A stretch of DNA of 64,000 bases from Candidatus Latescibacterota bacterium (GTDB taxonomy: Bacteria > Latescibacterota > UBA2968 > UBA8231). Below, in pieces: positions 1-10,822 of this stretch. The first letter of the stretch is position 1. Each line of letters opens with the position of its first letter. Made by a program: the position numbers and the translations under genes. The notes beneath the pieces are model-generated. The model searched no databases, was not told where the DNA came from, and saw only the letters and a program-made list of their open reading frames with translations. The stretch covers positions 1,952,001 through 2,016,000 of the forward strand of contig CBDCXV010000011.1 of NCBI GenBank assembly GCA_965223905.1. Reading direction: 5' to 3'.

Positions 1-854
1 AGGCCGACGTTGTCCGGTACGATGCCGCCGTTGGCGCCGGCGCGCTCCATCCAGGCCTCGGTGTATTCCAGGATCCAGTCGCGGTACTTCCCGTCCGCCG
101 TCAGCAGGTAGGCGTTTGCCCCCAGGGTGGTCGCCAGGAGATTGACCACGGCGTCGCCGCGGCCCATGCGATCGCGCATGGCCAGGCCCAGCCGCTCGCC
201 CAGCTCGGGACTACCTCGCACCGCCTCGTGATTGGTGCATCCCGGCACGTCGTAGAAGGGCAGGTTGTACCCCTCATAGGGCCAGTGCGGACCTTCCTCG
301 AAGGCCCGGTAGGCCGGCCCCTTGCTGCCGTTTCTCGCGCAGCGGATGATCCGGTGCTCCGGGTCGTAGTTTGGCGCCTCCGGATCCTCACCGAGGAAGA
401 GCCCAGCGAAGCGCCGGGCCCGCTCGATGTGGGCCCCGTTGGTCGGATCGGCCATGCAGAGCATGTAGAACAGGTAGTTGCCCTCGCCCTGATGGAACCA
501 GTCGTAGCCCGGCTGGTATTCCTTCACCACCATGGGGTAGCCGTGGCCGGTGCCATGCTGGCTCATCTGCTCATTGATGACGTCGAATTCCCGATGGGCA
601 TCGGCCAGGAACCGGTCGCTGCCGCCGAGAAGGTAGAAGAGCGGCCAGTTGTGGAAGCTCTCGTAGCAGTCATCCAGCGCGTCGATGCTCTGGAAGTCGG
701 GACTCGGGGGCCAGAGCAGGCGCCCATCCGGATGGGTGTATCTCTCGAGCGCCTGCGGAGCGGCGTCCTCGATTGCGTCGAACAGCTGGCGCTGAAGCAG
801 GGCCCACTTCGGTGGTGTCCGGGCCGATTCGCGCGCCTCCAGGGAGACTGCCAT
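1..854 (-). CDS. Conserved hypothetical protein, runs off the left edge
   Basis: Read by hand: ATG at 854 after GGAGAG RBS, open to base 1 (MAVSLEARESARTPPKWALLQRQLF...DALDDCYESFHNWPLFY...YDWFHQGEG...). Absent from the ORF track because there is no stop in the window. Confidence 0.8.
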   Translation of the reverse strand, partial: MAVSLEARESARTPPKWALLQRQLFDAIEDAAPQALERYTHPDGRLLWPPSPDFQSIDALDDCYESFHNWPLFYLLGGSDRFLADAHREFDVINEQMSQHGTGHGYPMVVKEYQPGYDWFHQGEGNYLFYMLCMADPTNGAHIERARRFAGLFLGEDPEAPNYDPEHRIIRCARNGSKGPAYRAFEEGPHWPYEGYNLPFYDVPGCTNHEAVRGSPELGERLGLAMRDRMGRGDAVVNLLATTLGANAYLLTADGKYRDWILEYTEAWMERAGANGGIVPDNVG

Positions 855-922
855 GGTCACTCTCCTTCCGTTTTGGGCTGGTACCACTCGATGATCAAGG
901 TATGCTCCTCCGGTCTGATTCC

Positions 923-2680
923 TCATGGGCCGGGAGCCGGATCGGGGCGTCCCACCTCGCCCTCGACCAGCGTGACGAACCGATCGGGTCTCAGACCCGC
1001 CAGACGCTCGACCGCGCCGCCGGGCCAGTGGATCCGCACCGAGTCGACCCGCGTCCTGGCGCCCAGCCCGAAGCTCACCCGCATGTCCCGCTGCGACAGA
1101 TAGCTGAAGCTGCCCCGGACCTCCTTCACCTGGTAGAGGCCGCCCGCCCACACCTCGATCCGCGCCCCGATGCCGTCCCGGTTGCTCGGTCCGCCCCGGG
1201 TGGAGATGGTGAGCCAGTGGCGGGAATTCCCCTCCTCGTTGCGCAGCAGGGCGGGCGACTGCCCGCTGTTGGTGACCACGATGTCCGCATCGCCGTCGTT
1301 GTCGTAGTCACCCACGGCGCAACCGCGGCTGACCCGCGCCTGTGCCAGGGCCGCCCCCGCCCGGGAAGAGACGTCCCGGAACCGGTACTGGCCGCGGACG
1401 TCGGGTCCCTGGTTCCGCAGCAGCTGGTTCGGCTGGGCGTAGCTGCTGGATTCGTAGAACGCGGAGGCGTTGTCGAGCACGTGGCCATTGGCCACGAACA
1501 GGTCCTGGTAGCCGTCGTTGTCGTAGTCGACGAAGCCGATGCCGAACGAAAGGTAGCGCAGGCTGACCAGACCGACCCCTGCGGAGTAAGAGGCGTGCGG
1601 GAAGAACCCGGTGCCCCGGTTCTGGTACAGGCTGTTGGGCTCGTTCTCGAAATTGGTGACCACCAGGTCCATGTCGCCGTCGTTGTCGTAGTCGGCCGCA
1701 TCGACCCCCATTCCCGCCTCCTCCTGGCCGTCCTGGCCGTAGGCCACGCCGGCCAACCTGCCGAGCTCGGTGAAGCGCCCGTCGCCCTCGTTTTGGTAGA
1801 GGAAGTTGGGCACGGCGTCATTGGCCACATAGAGGTCACTCCAGCCGTCGTTGTCATAGTCGGTGGCCACCACGCCCAGCCCCCGCCCGGCCGCGGCCGA
1901 GGTGTCCACCAGCCCGGCCAGCCGATTCACGGCGCGGAAACGTCCGTCGCCCTCGTTGCGAAACAGATGGTCCTCGGCGCCGGCGAAGTTCCGCGGATGG
2001 GGGTATGCCTCGATCCCTTCTTCCGGGACGCGCCGAGAGACGGCCAGGTAGGCTTCCAGATCCTTCCCCGCCCAGGCCAGGTCGTAGTGGACGTAGTTGG
2101 CCACGTACAGGTCGAGGTCTCCGTCGTTGTCGTAGTCGACGAAGGTGCCGCCCGTGCTCCAAGCGGTATCCGCCACCGAGGCCTGGTCCGTGACATCGCG
2201 GTACCGCCCATCGCCCTCGTTGCGGTACATGACGTTGGCTCCGTAGTTGGTCAGGTACAGATCCGCGTCGCCGTCGTTGTCATAGTCGGCAAACGCACAT
2301 CCCATGCCATGGCCCGGGTCGTCGACGCCAGCGTCCCGGCCCGCCTCCACGAAGCGGTCGCCCTCGTTGCGAAACAGCGCATTGACTGGATCCGGCGAGC
2401 CTTTGTACCCTGGGAATGCAGCGCCGTTGACGAAGTATATGTCCAGGTTCTGGTCACCATCGAAGTCGACGAAAGCAACGCCGGAGCCCATGGTCTCCGG
2501 GAAGTACCGCCGACCGCTCGCCCCGGTGACGTGCTGAAAGTCGACCCCGACCTGCTCGGCCACGTCGACGTACTCTATCGCGGGAAGAGGCGCGGGTTGA
2601 GCGGCTCCGCCCGCGGGCGCGCCCAGGCACAGCACGGCCGCTATCCCCGCGTCGCTCAGGGCACCCAGTGGTCGGCGCAC
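923..2680 (-). CDS. CRTAC1-like FG-GAP repeat protein with C-terminal ASPIC/UnbV domain
   Basis: Repeated DYDNDGDxDL motifs, YFPETMGSG, SNRDGIGA...SYLSQ...FGLG. Probable GTG start at 2680 after GGAGAAGG. Confidence 0.9.
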   Translation of the reverse strand: MRRPLGALSDAGIAAVLCLGAPAGGAAQPAPLPAIEYVDVAEQVGVDFQHVTGASGRRYFPETMGSGVAFVDFDGDQNLDIYFVNGAAFPGYKGSPDPVNALFRNEGDRFVEAGRDAGVDDPGHGMGCAFADYDNDGDADLYLTNYGANVMYRNEGDGRYRDVTDQASVADTAWSTGGTFVDYDNDGDLDLYVANYVHYDLAWAGKDLEAYLAVSRRVPEEGIEAYPHPRNFAGAEDHLFRNEGDGRFRAVNRLAGLVDTSAAAGRGLGVVATDYDNDGWSDLYVANDAVPNFLYQNEGDGRFTELGRLAGVAYGQDGQEEAGMGVDAADYDNDGDMDLVVTNFENEPNSLYQNRGTGFFPHASYSAGVGLVSLRYLSFGIGFVDYDNDGYQDLFVANGHVLDNASAFYESSSYAQPNQLLRNQGPDVRGQYRFRDVSSRAGAALAQARVSRGCAVGDYDNDGDADIVVTNSGQSPALLRNEEGNSRHWLTISTRGGPSNRDGIGARIEVWAGGLYQVKEVRGSFSYLSQRDMRVSFGLGARTRVDSVRIHWPGGAVERLAGLRPDRFVTLVEGEVGRPDPAPGP

Positions 2681-2877
2681 GGGACTCAATCCTTCTCCTG
2701 GCTGAAACGCTGCTTGACCGGCCCTTCCCTCGCCCCGGCGACTCCGGGAGGCGTGGAGAATCACTTCGAGCTCTTCTTCGGAGGAGGCGACCACGTTCGC
2801 GGCGGAGTGGCAGCGGCGAGCCGGCACGTCCTGATTCCGGCGCATGGAACAAGATATCACAACCCGAGGTGATTGAC

Positions 2878-5190
2878 ATGGCAGAGCTCAATGACGGCAG
2901 GCCCTTCGCCACGCTCGAAGGCGCCCGCGATGCCGTGCGAGAATTGAAGGCGACCGCTGGCCTGCCTGCCGGCGGCCTGAGGGTCCCGGTGCGCAGCGGG
3001 ATCCACGCGCTGGCGCGCGGCGTGCGCTTCGGCCCGGAGGACTCGGGCACGGCCGCGGCGCCCATCGTGTACTGCGCTGCCGAGGGCGAGACGGTGCGCC
3101 TCCTGGGCGGCCGGCAGCTCGACCCGGCAGCGTGGACGCCGGTGATCGATCCCGCGGTCCGGGCCCGTCTGGCCGGGGCGGCGAAGGAGCACGTCGTGCA
3201 GATCGATCTGGCCGCCCAGGGTGTGACGGACCTTGGCGCCTTTGTCTCGCGCGGGTTCGGCCGCGACACGGCGCCGGCCCATCTGGAGCTGTTCTTCAAT
3301 GACCTGCCCATGACCGTGGCCCAGTGGCCCGATTCCGGGCAGTTCGCCGAAATCACCGGCTTCACCAAGGGGATGTCCAACGCCTGGGGCCAGGAAGCGG
3401 GGGATCTGACCGGCGGGTTCACCTGCGACGGGGACCGGCCGAGCCGCTGGGCGCCGGCCGATGACATCTGGGTCCACGGGTACTGGGCCTATGACTGGGC
3501 CAACTCCTACGAGCGGGTCAGCCGTCTCGATCCCGGGAACCGCCTGGTGGAAACCGCCCCGCCCCACGGCAACTACCACTTCTCCCCGGGGCAGCGGTTC
3601 TACTTCCTCAATGTCCTGGAGGAGCTCGACCAACCCGGCGAGTACTACCTGGACCGCGTCGACGGCATTCTCTACTTCTGGCCTCCGGGCGAGCTGTCCG
3701 AGGCGGAAACCGTGGTATCGGAGGTGAGCGAGCCGCTGCTGACGCTGCAGAACGTCAGCCACGTGGAGCTCCGCGGCCTGACCGTGGAGGCGGGGCGCGG
3801 CAGCGGCATCGAGGCCGAGGGCGGCGAGGGGCTGCGCATCATCGGCTGCACCATTCGCAACTGCGGCACCTGGGCCGTGCGGATCGAGGGCGGCACCGAC
3901 CACACCGTGGCCGGATGCGACATCTACGGGTGCGGCGACGGCGGCGTCAGTGTCAACGGCGGCGACCGCCCCAGCCTTTCCCCCTGCAACCATGCCGTCG
4001 TCAACAACCACATCCACCACTTTGCGCGCTGGACCCGCTGCTATGTCGCAGGGATCGGGGCCGACGGGGTCGGCATGCGCCTCGCCCACAACCTGATCCA
4101 CGACGCGCCGCACAATGCCATCCTTTTCTCGGGCAACGAGATCCTGATCGAGAACAACGAGATCTACCGGGTCTGCCTGGAGACCGGGGACGCCGGGGCC
4201 ATCTACACCGGCCGCGACTTCACCTTCCGGGGCAACGTCATCCGCCGCAACTTCGTCCACCACATGGGCGGGGTGGGCATGGGCACCATGGCCATCTACA
4301 TGGATGACTGCGTCAGCGGCACCCGCATTGCAGAGAATACCCTCTGGCGCTGCCAGACCGCTGTCGTGCTGGGCGGCGGCCGCGACTTCGCCGTCGAGCA
4401 GAACGTCTTCGTGGAGTGTCTTCTCGCCATCGGCGCCGACGCCCGCGGGATAGACACCAATCCGGTCTGGCAGAACAACATCAAGGGACTGCGGGAAAGC
4501 CTCGAGGCGATGCGCTACGACGAGCCCCCCTACAGCGAACGCTATCCCGAGATCGCGGGGGTCGACCCGCACTATGCCGCGGGGAAGGGCGTGCCGCCGG
4601 AGCACAACCGGGTCGAGGCCAACGTCTGCTGGCGCTGTTCCACCTGGATCGGCGAGCCCTGGCCGGCCGGGGCGGACAACGGCATCACCGAGAAAGACAA
4701 CCTGGTCGGCATGGACCCGGGATTCACGGACGAGGCCTTCGGGGTGCTGACTCTGGGCCCGGGGTCGTCGGAGCAACCCCTGGGGTGTGGCGCGATTCCC
4801 CTCGACGAGATCGGCCTGGTCCGGGACGCTGCCCGCGCCACCGTGCCGCCGCGCGTGCGCACCGCCCTGGAACCGGGGCCGCCGCGGGGGCCCGGCGAGC
4901 CGGCCGGGCTGCGCCTGCGGTTGCGCAACGATGGCGCCGACCCGGCCCGGGGCACGGTCGTGGTGGAGACGAGCACCTCGGCGGACCCAACCTCGATTGG
5001 CAGTGAGCGCTTCGACTACGCCCTGGCTCCGGGCGAAGTCCTGGCCCGCGACCTGACCGTGCGCGCGCCTCGGGAAGGGGAGGCCGGCGCGCCCGGCGAG
5101 CTGACCGTGCAGGTTCACTCACCGAACAGCCGCCTGCAGCCGTCGCGACTGGTCGTTCCCGGCCCGCCGGGAGACGAGCCTGCAGATTGA
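2878..5190 (+). CDS. Right-handed parallel beta-helix protein (GH141-like glycoside hydrolase)
   Basis: PFATLEGARDAVR, NVLEELDQPGEYYLD, DAGAIY, IYMDD and Asn-ladder repeats. Confidence 0.75.
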   Translation: MAELNDGRPFATLEGARDAVRELKATAGLPAGGLRVPVRSGIHALARGVRFGPEDSGTAAAPIVYCAAEGETVRLLGGRQLDPAAWTPVIDPAVRARLAGAAKEHVVQIDLAAQGVTDLGAFVSRGFGRDTAPAHLELFFNDLPMTVAQWPDSGQFAEITGFTKGMSNAWGQEAGDLTGGFTCDGDRPSRWAPADDIWVHGYWAYDWANSYERVSRLDPGNRLVETAPPHGNYHFSPGQRFYFLNVLEELDQPGEYYLDRVDGILYFWPPGELSEAETVVSEVSEPLLTLQNVSHVELRGLTVEAGRGSGIEAEGGEGLRIIGCTIRNCGTWAVRIEGGTDHTVAGCDIYGCGDGGVSVNGGDRPSLSPCNHAVVNNHIHHFARWTRCYVAGIGADGVGMRLAHNLIHDAPHNAILFSGNEILIENNEIYRVCLETGDAGAIYTGRDFTFRGNVIRRNFVHHMGGVGMGTMAIYMDDCVSGTRIAENTLWRCQTAVVLGGGRDFAVEQNVFVECLLAIGADARGIDTNPVWQNNIKGLRESLEAMRYDEPPYSERYPEIAGVDPHYAAGKGVPPEHNRVEANVCWRCSTWIGEPWPAGADNGITEKDNLVGMDPGFTDEAFGVLTLGPGSSEQPLGCGAIPLDEIGLVRDAARATVPPRVRTALEPGPPRGPGEPAGLRLRLRNDGADPARGTVVVETSTSADPTSIGSERFDYALAPGEVLARDLTVRAPREGEAGAPGELTVQVHSPNSRLQPSRLVVPGPPGDEPAD

Positions 5191-5217
5191 GATCAGCGAC
5201 GCGGAAGGTCGGATCGG

Positions 5218-7299
5218 TCAGCCGGAGTTGCGCCGGTCCGGCATGCGCTGCGGCGTCGTGGTCACCGGCCACGTGGGACGGCGTTCGTCGGCGTACAGCC
5301 CCATGCGCTCCACCGGAAGGGGCTGAAACCCCGTCGCCAGCACGGGAGCGTCGGGACGCAGGCGGAAGTCGCCGCCCTCCGCGTCGACGAACCCGGCATC
5401 CTCTTCCGCGTACTCCGCGTTGTCGCTCAGATCGAGGACTGCCGGATCCCCCGTCGTCGCCGCACCACACCGGTAGAAGACGTTGCGCCATACGTGGTTG
5501 ATGCCGGGCTCGTCGAGGACCTGCGCCAGCTTCGGATAGCGCGCCAGGTACAGGTCGGTAAAGTAGAAGTCGTCAGGCGTGTTCCCACCGCGCATGGTCT
5601 GCCACACCGCATTGCCGGCGTACCATCCCCCGCTGATCCCCTGTTTGCAGTCGACGAACAGGTTGTTCTCGATGGCGTTGTCGCGGCCGCCGTTCATCTG
5701 CACGGCGCCGAAGCCGCCGTTGGCGCAGCGGACGAAGAGGTTGCCGTAGATGTGCAGGCCGCTGATGGCGTCGTCAAGGCGAATAGCCGCCTGGCCGTGC
5801 ACGGCCGTCTCGGACCCGATTTTCCCCAGGTCGTGGAAGGAGTTGTAACGGAACACGACGCCGCGATAGGTCGTGTTCATGAACAGCTCCATCCCCCCCT
5901 GGTCATCCGATTCCTGCACCGCGCTGTGCACCTCGTTGTACTCGATCAGGTGATCGTTGCCCTCGATGCGCATGGTGCTGCTCGGGCAGTCGTACATCAG
6001 GTTGTGGGCTACCCGGTGACCAACACCCTCGAGCTGAATGGCCGGCGTGTAGGTGCGGTCGATGCGGCCGAAGCCGTGTATGCGGCAGTTCTCCACGAAG
6101 TGGCGCCCAGGGACCAGCGCCTCTCGATCTCCCCCGATCACCTCGGTCGCCCGGCGGCCGATGGTGTGGATGTCGCAGCTCAGGATCCCGTTGGCCTCGC
6201 CGCCGTGGATGAGGATGCCATTGGCCGCCATTCTCGAGACCGTGCATCCCCATACCACGCAGCGCCGGCAGTCCCGCATCACCACGCCGTTGTCGCGCCC
6301 CAGGTTCAGGGTGAGACCCTCCAGACGCACGTCGCTGGCCCCGTCCAGGGTGATCATCGGCGTGGTGAGCATGCCGACTTCCACTGTAGCCTTGCCGGGG
6401 TCCGAGGGCGGGTAGAAGTAGAGGACACCGGTGTCGCGGTCCAGGTAGTACTCCCCCGGCTCGTCGATCTCCTCCAGCAGGTTGAAGACGTAGTAGACGA
6501 TGCCCTGCTCCATGCTCATACCTCTGTCGTCGGCGTACACGTACGGTTCCGCCGTGATGAGGGTCCGGGCTACCGGGTCGACCGCCCCCAGCGGCAGGGT
6601 GGAATCGGCCCAGAGGAAGCGGAAGTAGCCGAAGAGCCAGGGATCCCTGGCCCGGGTCCAGCGCGCGGGCCGCGGGTCATCGTACTCCAATACGGACGGG
6701 CGCCCGTCCGCGGGAGATCCCGCGTCCACCAGTCTGCGGACCTCCACGAACCCCTTGTTGGGCCACCGGGCCACGGTCAGGGGCCGGCCGTCGAACATGA
6801 GCTCCAGGGTGGGGGGAGGGTTCGGCTGGCCAAACCCCCGGATGTGCAGCTCCCCGTAATCGGAGATGCCCTGGGCCTTCAGGTCGCACTGCATCACGCA
6901 ATCGCGAGCCTCCGCCGGCAGACGCGACAGCACGTCCCGGTCGGTCACCGGCGTAAAGCCGCTGAGCCGCTGGCCGCCATACAGCACGGTGCGCCCCGGC
7001 TCGGCCGCACGGTACACGACCGGACTTGCAGCCGTGCCCGAGTCCACCTCGGTGAGCTCCAGCGCCGTCGTGACCGGATACTCGCCAGGAGCCAGGGTGA
7101 CGGCGATGGGGCCGTCCACCCCCTGGGCGCGCAACGCGCGCACGGCATCGCGGGCCCGAGTCAGACCGGCAAAGGGCCTCGCCGCACTGCCGTCGCCACC
7201 GTCATCGCCATCGCATGAGACGTGGACCTCTGCCGCCAGGGGGCCGGGAGGGGGAAGCTGCGTATGAGAGGTCTCGGCTTCGTTGCGGGATTCGCTCAC
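5218..7299 (-). CDS. Right-handed parallel beta-helix protein (GH141-like), paralog of the convergent neighbour
   Basis: VSCDGDDGGDGSAARPFA, NLLEEIDEPGEYYLD, DQGG, IRLDD. GTG at 7299 after AAGGAG. Confidence 0.75.
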   Translation of the reverse strand: MSESRNEAETSHTQLPPPGPLAAEVHVSCDGDDGGDGSAARPFAGLTRARDAVRALRAQGVDGPIAVTLAPGEYPVTTALELTEVDSGTAASPVVYRAAEPGRTVLYGGQRLSGFTPVTDRDVLSRLPAEARDCVMQCDLKAQGISDYGELHIRGFGQPNPPPTLELMFDGRPLTVARWPNKGFVEVRRLVDAGSPADGRPSVLEYDDPRPARWTRARDPWLFGYFRFLWADSTLPLGAVDPVARTLITAEPYVYADDRGMSMEQGIVYYVFNLLEEIDEPGEYYLDRDTGVLYFYPPSDPGKATVEVGMLTTPMITLDGASDVRLEGLTLNLGRDNGVVMRDCRRCVVWGCTVSRMAANGILIHGGEANGILSCDIHTIGRRATEVIGGDREALVPGRHFVENCRIHGFGRIDRTYTPAIQLEGVGHRVAHNLMYDCPSSTMRIEGNDHLIEYNEVHSAVQESDDQGGMELFMNTTYRGVVFRYNSFHDLGKIGSETAVHGQAAIRLDDAISGLHIYGNLFVRCANGGFGAVQMNGGRDNAIENNLFVDCKQGISGGWYAGNAVWQTMRGGNTPDDFYFTDLYLARYPKLAQVLDEPGINHVWRNVFYRCGAATTGDPAVLDLSDNAEYAEEDAGFVDAEGGDFRLRPDAPVLATGFQPLPVERMGLYADERRPTWPVTTTPQRMPDRRNSG

Positions 7300-7943
7300 C
7301 GTCTGAATCTCCTTGTGCGAATGGACGTCCGGCCCTTGCCTGCCATGGATATGCGAGGTGCCGGCACGAATTGCAGACGGCCCTCGCCGTCGAACGCGCC
7401 GTCGATCATGAGGATGAAGATGTGGGCATGGGGAGGGATTGGACCGAGGTTCTTCGTCAGAGGTCAATTACGGTGGCGCCGCCAGGAATAACCAGGACCC
7501 TTCAAGCGCTCCGCCAGCCTGATTTTCGATGTCCCCCCAACGTCGCTGAGGTTGGCCAATCCCGGCAGATCTTCCAAGTTAGGGTCCGGGACGCGGTTTC
7601 CCGATGCCGGGTGATCGCGCCGGAGTGAAAGGGGGTGGGATCATTTCGACAGACCGGGGGGATGGAGGGAAAGAGGATCCGGTCCCGAGAAGACGAAAAT
7701 GCTCGAGTAATCGGGACTCGTCATCGCCCGCCTGCACGACACCTGGGACAACTGGCCCCTCGAACATGGGACTACCGAGATGTGGGGGATGGAATCACCG
7801 GCCGACTACGTCCAGAGAACGTGGCCTGAGCTGAACGTCATCCATCTCGACAAGCACTGGAAGGTCTGGCACGTAAGTGCGTAGCGCTCGTCGGGCGGCC
7901 GTCATGCGGTGTCGAGTGCAGCCGGAGTTCGAGAGGTGAAGAG

Positions 7944-8753
7944 GTGAACACGCAGCGGGCAATCGATCAGTACCACCGCGATGGCTACGTCGTGCTCGAG
8001 GATGCCGTAGCGCCGCGCAGCCTCGCAGCAGTGCAGGACGGCTACGAAGAGACCATCGTAGCAGCGATGAACCTGGGACGGGCCGAGCGCGATGAAGACA
8101 CGGGCTTCCTCGGCCAATACCGGTTCCAGAATCCACACCATCCCGAGATCGCGCGCTATCCCCTCATGGAAGCCCTGGCGGCGCCTGCCATCATGGACTT
8201 TGTCCAGGCGTTGTGCGGCGACGATGCCACCATGCACGGCATTGCGGCTTTTGCCATGAACCCGGAGTACGGCTACCGCGGTCCCTGGCATCGGGATTCC
8301 TACTTTGCCTGGGGCAAGGATTCAGCCTTTGAGCGGCAGATCAGGGAGATGAAGACCTTCCCGGTGACGCAGATTATGCTGGCCCTCGAGGACGACGCGA
8401 GCTTCTGGTTCGTTCCCGGCTCCCACAACCGCGCCAACACCGAGGAGGAGGAAGCTCGTTTCGAGGAGAGGCGGACGGCCAGCGACGAGATGTTCCCCGG
8501 CGCAATCCAGGTGCATGCCCGCGCCGGCAGCGCCGTGCCCTTCGACGCTCGCGGCATCCATCGCGGACTCAAACCGCCCGGTGAGAAACGTCGATCCCTC
8601 TTTATCGTGTACGGCACTGCCGAGTCAACGAAGGATTCGGTGGTCAGCGCCTGGGCTCAGGAGCCGGAGTACGCCGATCCCCGGTATCTCGCATCGTTGC
8701 CTCAAGCGTTTCGCGAGCCCGTCGAGAGGACGATGCAGGTCCTCAAAAGCTGA
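7944..8753 (+). CDS. Phytanoyl-CoA dioxygenase (PhyH) family protein
   Basis: YHRDGYVVL, WHRD, VPGSH, IHRG: Fe(II)/2OG HxD...H pattern. Confidence 0.85.
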   Translation: MNTQRAIDQYHRDGYVVLEDAVAPRSLAAVQDGYEETIVAAMNLGRAERDEDTGFLGQYRFQNPHHPEIARYPLMEALAAPAIMDFVQALCGDDATMHGIAAFAMNPEYGYRGPWHRDSYFAWGKDSAFERQIREMKTFPVTQIMLALEDDASFWFVPGSHNRANTEEEEARFEERRTASDEMFPGAIQVHARAGSAVPFDARGIHRGLKPPGEKRRSLFIVYGTAESTKDSVVSAWAQEPEYADPRYLASLPQAFREPVERTMQVLKS

Positions 8754-9303
8754 TAGATCTCACTCGCTATCAGGCGCACGGCCTCGCCGAATCCCGTGAA
8801 CTGTAGCGCCTCCCGGGCCTGTCGAATGCCCTCGAAAACGGCCTTCGATGTCCGGATCGGACGAATCCAGCAACCGCTTGACGCCTCAGCCGAAGCGCCG
8901 GCGGTGTGTAGGTCGCCGAGCACGTAGTTCTCGAATGAGATCACGGAGGACATCGGGTCTGTCGTCCACCCAATCGGGTTCTCTGCGCAGGAGGCCCGGA
9001 CCGCGGGGGCGGACGGGCGGTCCAGGAACCGATAAGCTGAAGGTCCTCGATTGAGGAAGGAGGAAAGGCGTTGAAGATCACCGACATCCGCTTCACGCAG
9101 GTGGAGGGCGTGCTCGCCCACGACGGGGAGCTATGGGAGTCGCGTGCGGCCGCGCCCATCGAGATCTATCCCGAATTCCGGGTCGAAGGCGGGGGGTACA
9201 CGCCCAGGACCCCCGAGGGAGACTACCGGATCGAGGCGGGAATTATGTATTTTACTACGCAAGGGTAATTTTAGTAATCTCATCCGCGAATTTAAAGATA
9301 ATA

Positions 9304-9312
9304 TGGTATAAT
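9304..9312 (+). promoter_or_regulatory. Extended -10 element TGGTATAAT in the left TIR, facing inward
   Basis: Exact TGnTATAAT consensus in an AT-rich context. Confidence 0.55.
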
Positions 9313-9423
9313 AATATAGAAGGAAGTGCAGAGAAATGGGATCTCCCCGTCCCTACTGTTTAGCCCGAACACGGAGGCGTGTCAAATTGGCACCGTGGGA
9401 TCGGGATCGATGCAAGCCTCATT

Positions 9424-9775
9424 TCTGGGTCTGCAAGCTGCCGCTGGGGGTGAGCAGGAATCATTTCGTTTGGTTGACAAGTTGGCAAGGCAAGATGGAC
9501 TCACTCCTGGGTCGGCGAGAGGGGGACCGGAGGCAACGAGCAGCAGCATATTATGCGTTCTCAAAGTCAGGCAAGTCCGCATCGTGCGATTCTCCGGACT
9601 GGCAGGCACGTCCCCCCTGGAGTCGGCACCCTGGATCGAGAAGGCCACCGCTCTGATCGAGGAGGGGATGCGCGAATTCCCCTGAGTCTGCAAAGCCGTC
9701 GTCGCCGGGGTGAAGCAGGAATCATTCCGTTTGGTCGACCCGTCGGCAAGCAGGATGACTGAGGATTCCTCGGGT
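9424..9775 (+). repeat. Diverged ~90-bp direct repeat pair (about 9424-9512 and 9681-9775), each with a hairpin
   Basis: GGGGTGAGCAGGAATCATTTCGTTTGGTTGAC versus GGGGTGAAGCAGGAATCATTCCGTTTGGTCGAC. Confidence 0.75.
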
Positions 9776-9834
9776 GCAGGCTGAGCTTCAGGCGCAAGAG
9801 GGGAGGCAGCCGGCAGCGGGATGTCCCTTGCTGA

Positions 9835-10822
9835 CTATTCGAAAAGCTTCGCCCTTTCCTTCCACCGATGATAGGTGAAGGGAATAGGAGGGATCTCCGT
9901 CCCCACCAGATCCCGATACGTCAGCCGTTTTCCCACCATCCCGGAAGCAAGCAGTTCCATCTGTTCCAGGATATCCATCCCTCGGGTATTGTACCTCCCT
10001 ACCATCTCGATGAGGTATCGGGGGAAATACTTGGGAGATATGTGGTGATAGATCCCGCGATAGATTCGTTTCGCCAGAGCCCAGAACGATTCGATGCCGT
10101 TCGTATGGACATCCCCTCTGACGTATTCATTCTTGTGGTTGACGGTTTCGTGCTTTCCCTGCCACCCGAAACCGTCACCATAAGCCGGGCCATTGTCGCT
10201 GTAAAGGGTGCCCTCTGGGGATAGGTGTTCCTCGGCGAAGGGGAACAAGATCTCGCGATCCGCATTGAGGATCACTTTGGCGGCCACCAAGCCGGTTTCC
10301 CGGTCAACCATTCCGGCCACGGCGGTATTACCATACCTCCATTTCCAGTGAAACTTCTTGTTGCGGTGTTTCTTTTTATCGTCTCCTCCGAAATAGGCTT
10401 CGTCTATCTCGGCTATCCTGCTGCGCAGCGGTTCCGGATCCGGCCAGGCTTCGCGGATGCGGTGCAGAAGGAACCACGCCGACCGATAATTGAGTTTGAG
10501 TTTGCGGCTCAGCTGCCTGGCGTTGATTCCCTTCGGATCGGAAACGTGCAAGTAGAAGGCGGTGGCCCATTTCCACAAAGGGATCTTGGAGTGGGACATT
10601 ACGGTTTTCGGTGCGAACGCTGAAGCGCTTTCGGCAGTCGCCGCACCAGTAGGGCATGGGATTGCGGTTGGGACATTCCGATACCATGCCGTAGCAGCCG
10701 CAGGGAGGGCAATGCAAGCCTCGTCTCCATAAGATCTTTTCGAACCATTCTTCTGCCGTTGCATTGTCTGAAAATTTAACGGTTAATTCGATACCATTGC
10801 CATCATCAATACCATTTTTCAT
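9835..10822 (-). pseudogene. IS1595-family transposase, frameshifted near 10605
   Basis: Zn ribbon CPPCG...CGDC in ORF 10376-10822. IDEAYFGG, YSD, VHTNGIESFW in ORF 9835-10764. One extra base in an A run joins RFSVRT to TVMSHSK. Confidence 0.9.

Noticed and set aside
228-7218. Long ORFs 228-1103(+), 773-2872(+), 2857-5118(-), 5494-7218(+)
   Set aside because: Antisense shadows of motif-bearing genes, typical of high-GC codon bias.
7714-7884. Coding-like stretch LVIARLHDTWDNWPLEHG...WHVSA-stop
   Set aside because: No start and no recognisable family; probably a gene remnant.
8702-9121. 139-aa minus-strand ORF
   Set aside because: Overlaps both neighbours and has no motif; cannot be supported.
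9424-9775. CRISPR array or integron attC sites
   Set aside because: Only two long diverged copies, no cas or integrase, and no RYYYAAC/GTTRRRY boxes.
10595-10625. Programmed frameshift in the IS1595 transposase
   Set aside because: Only a 4-A run with no canonical slippery heptamer; mutation or sequence error is more likely.
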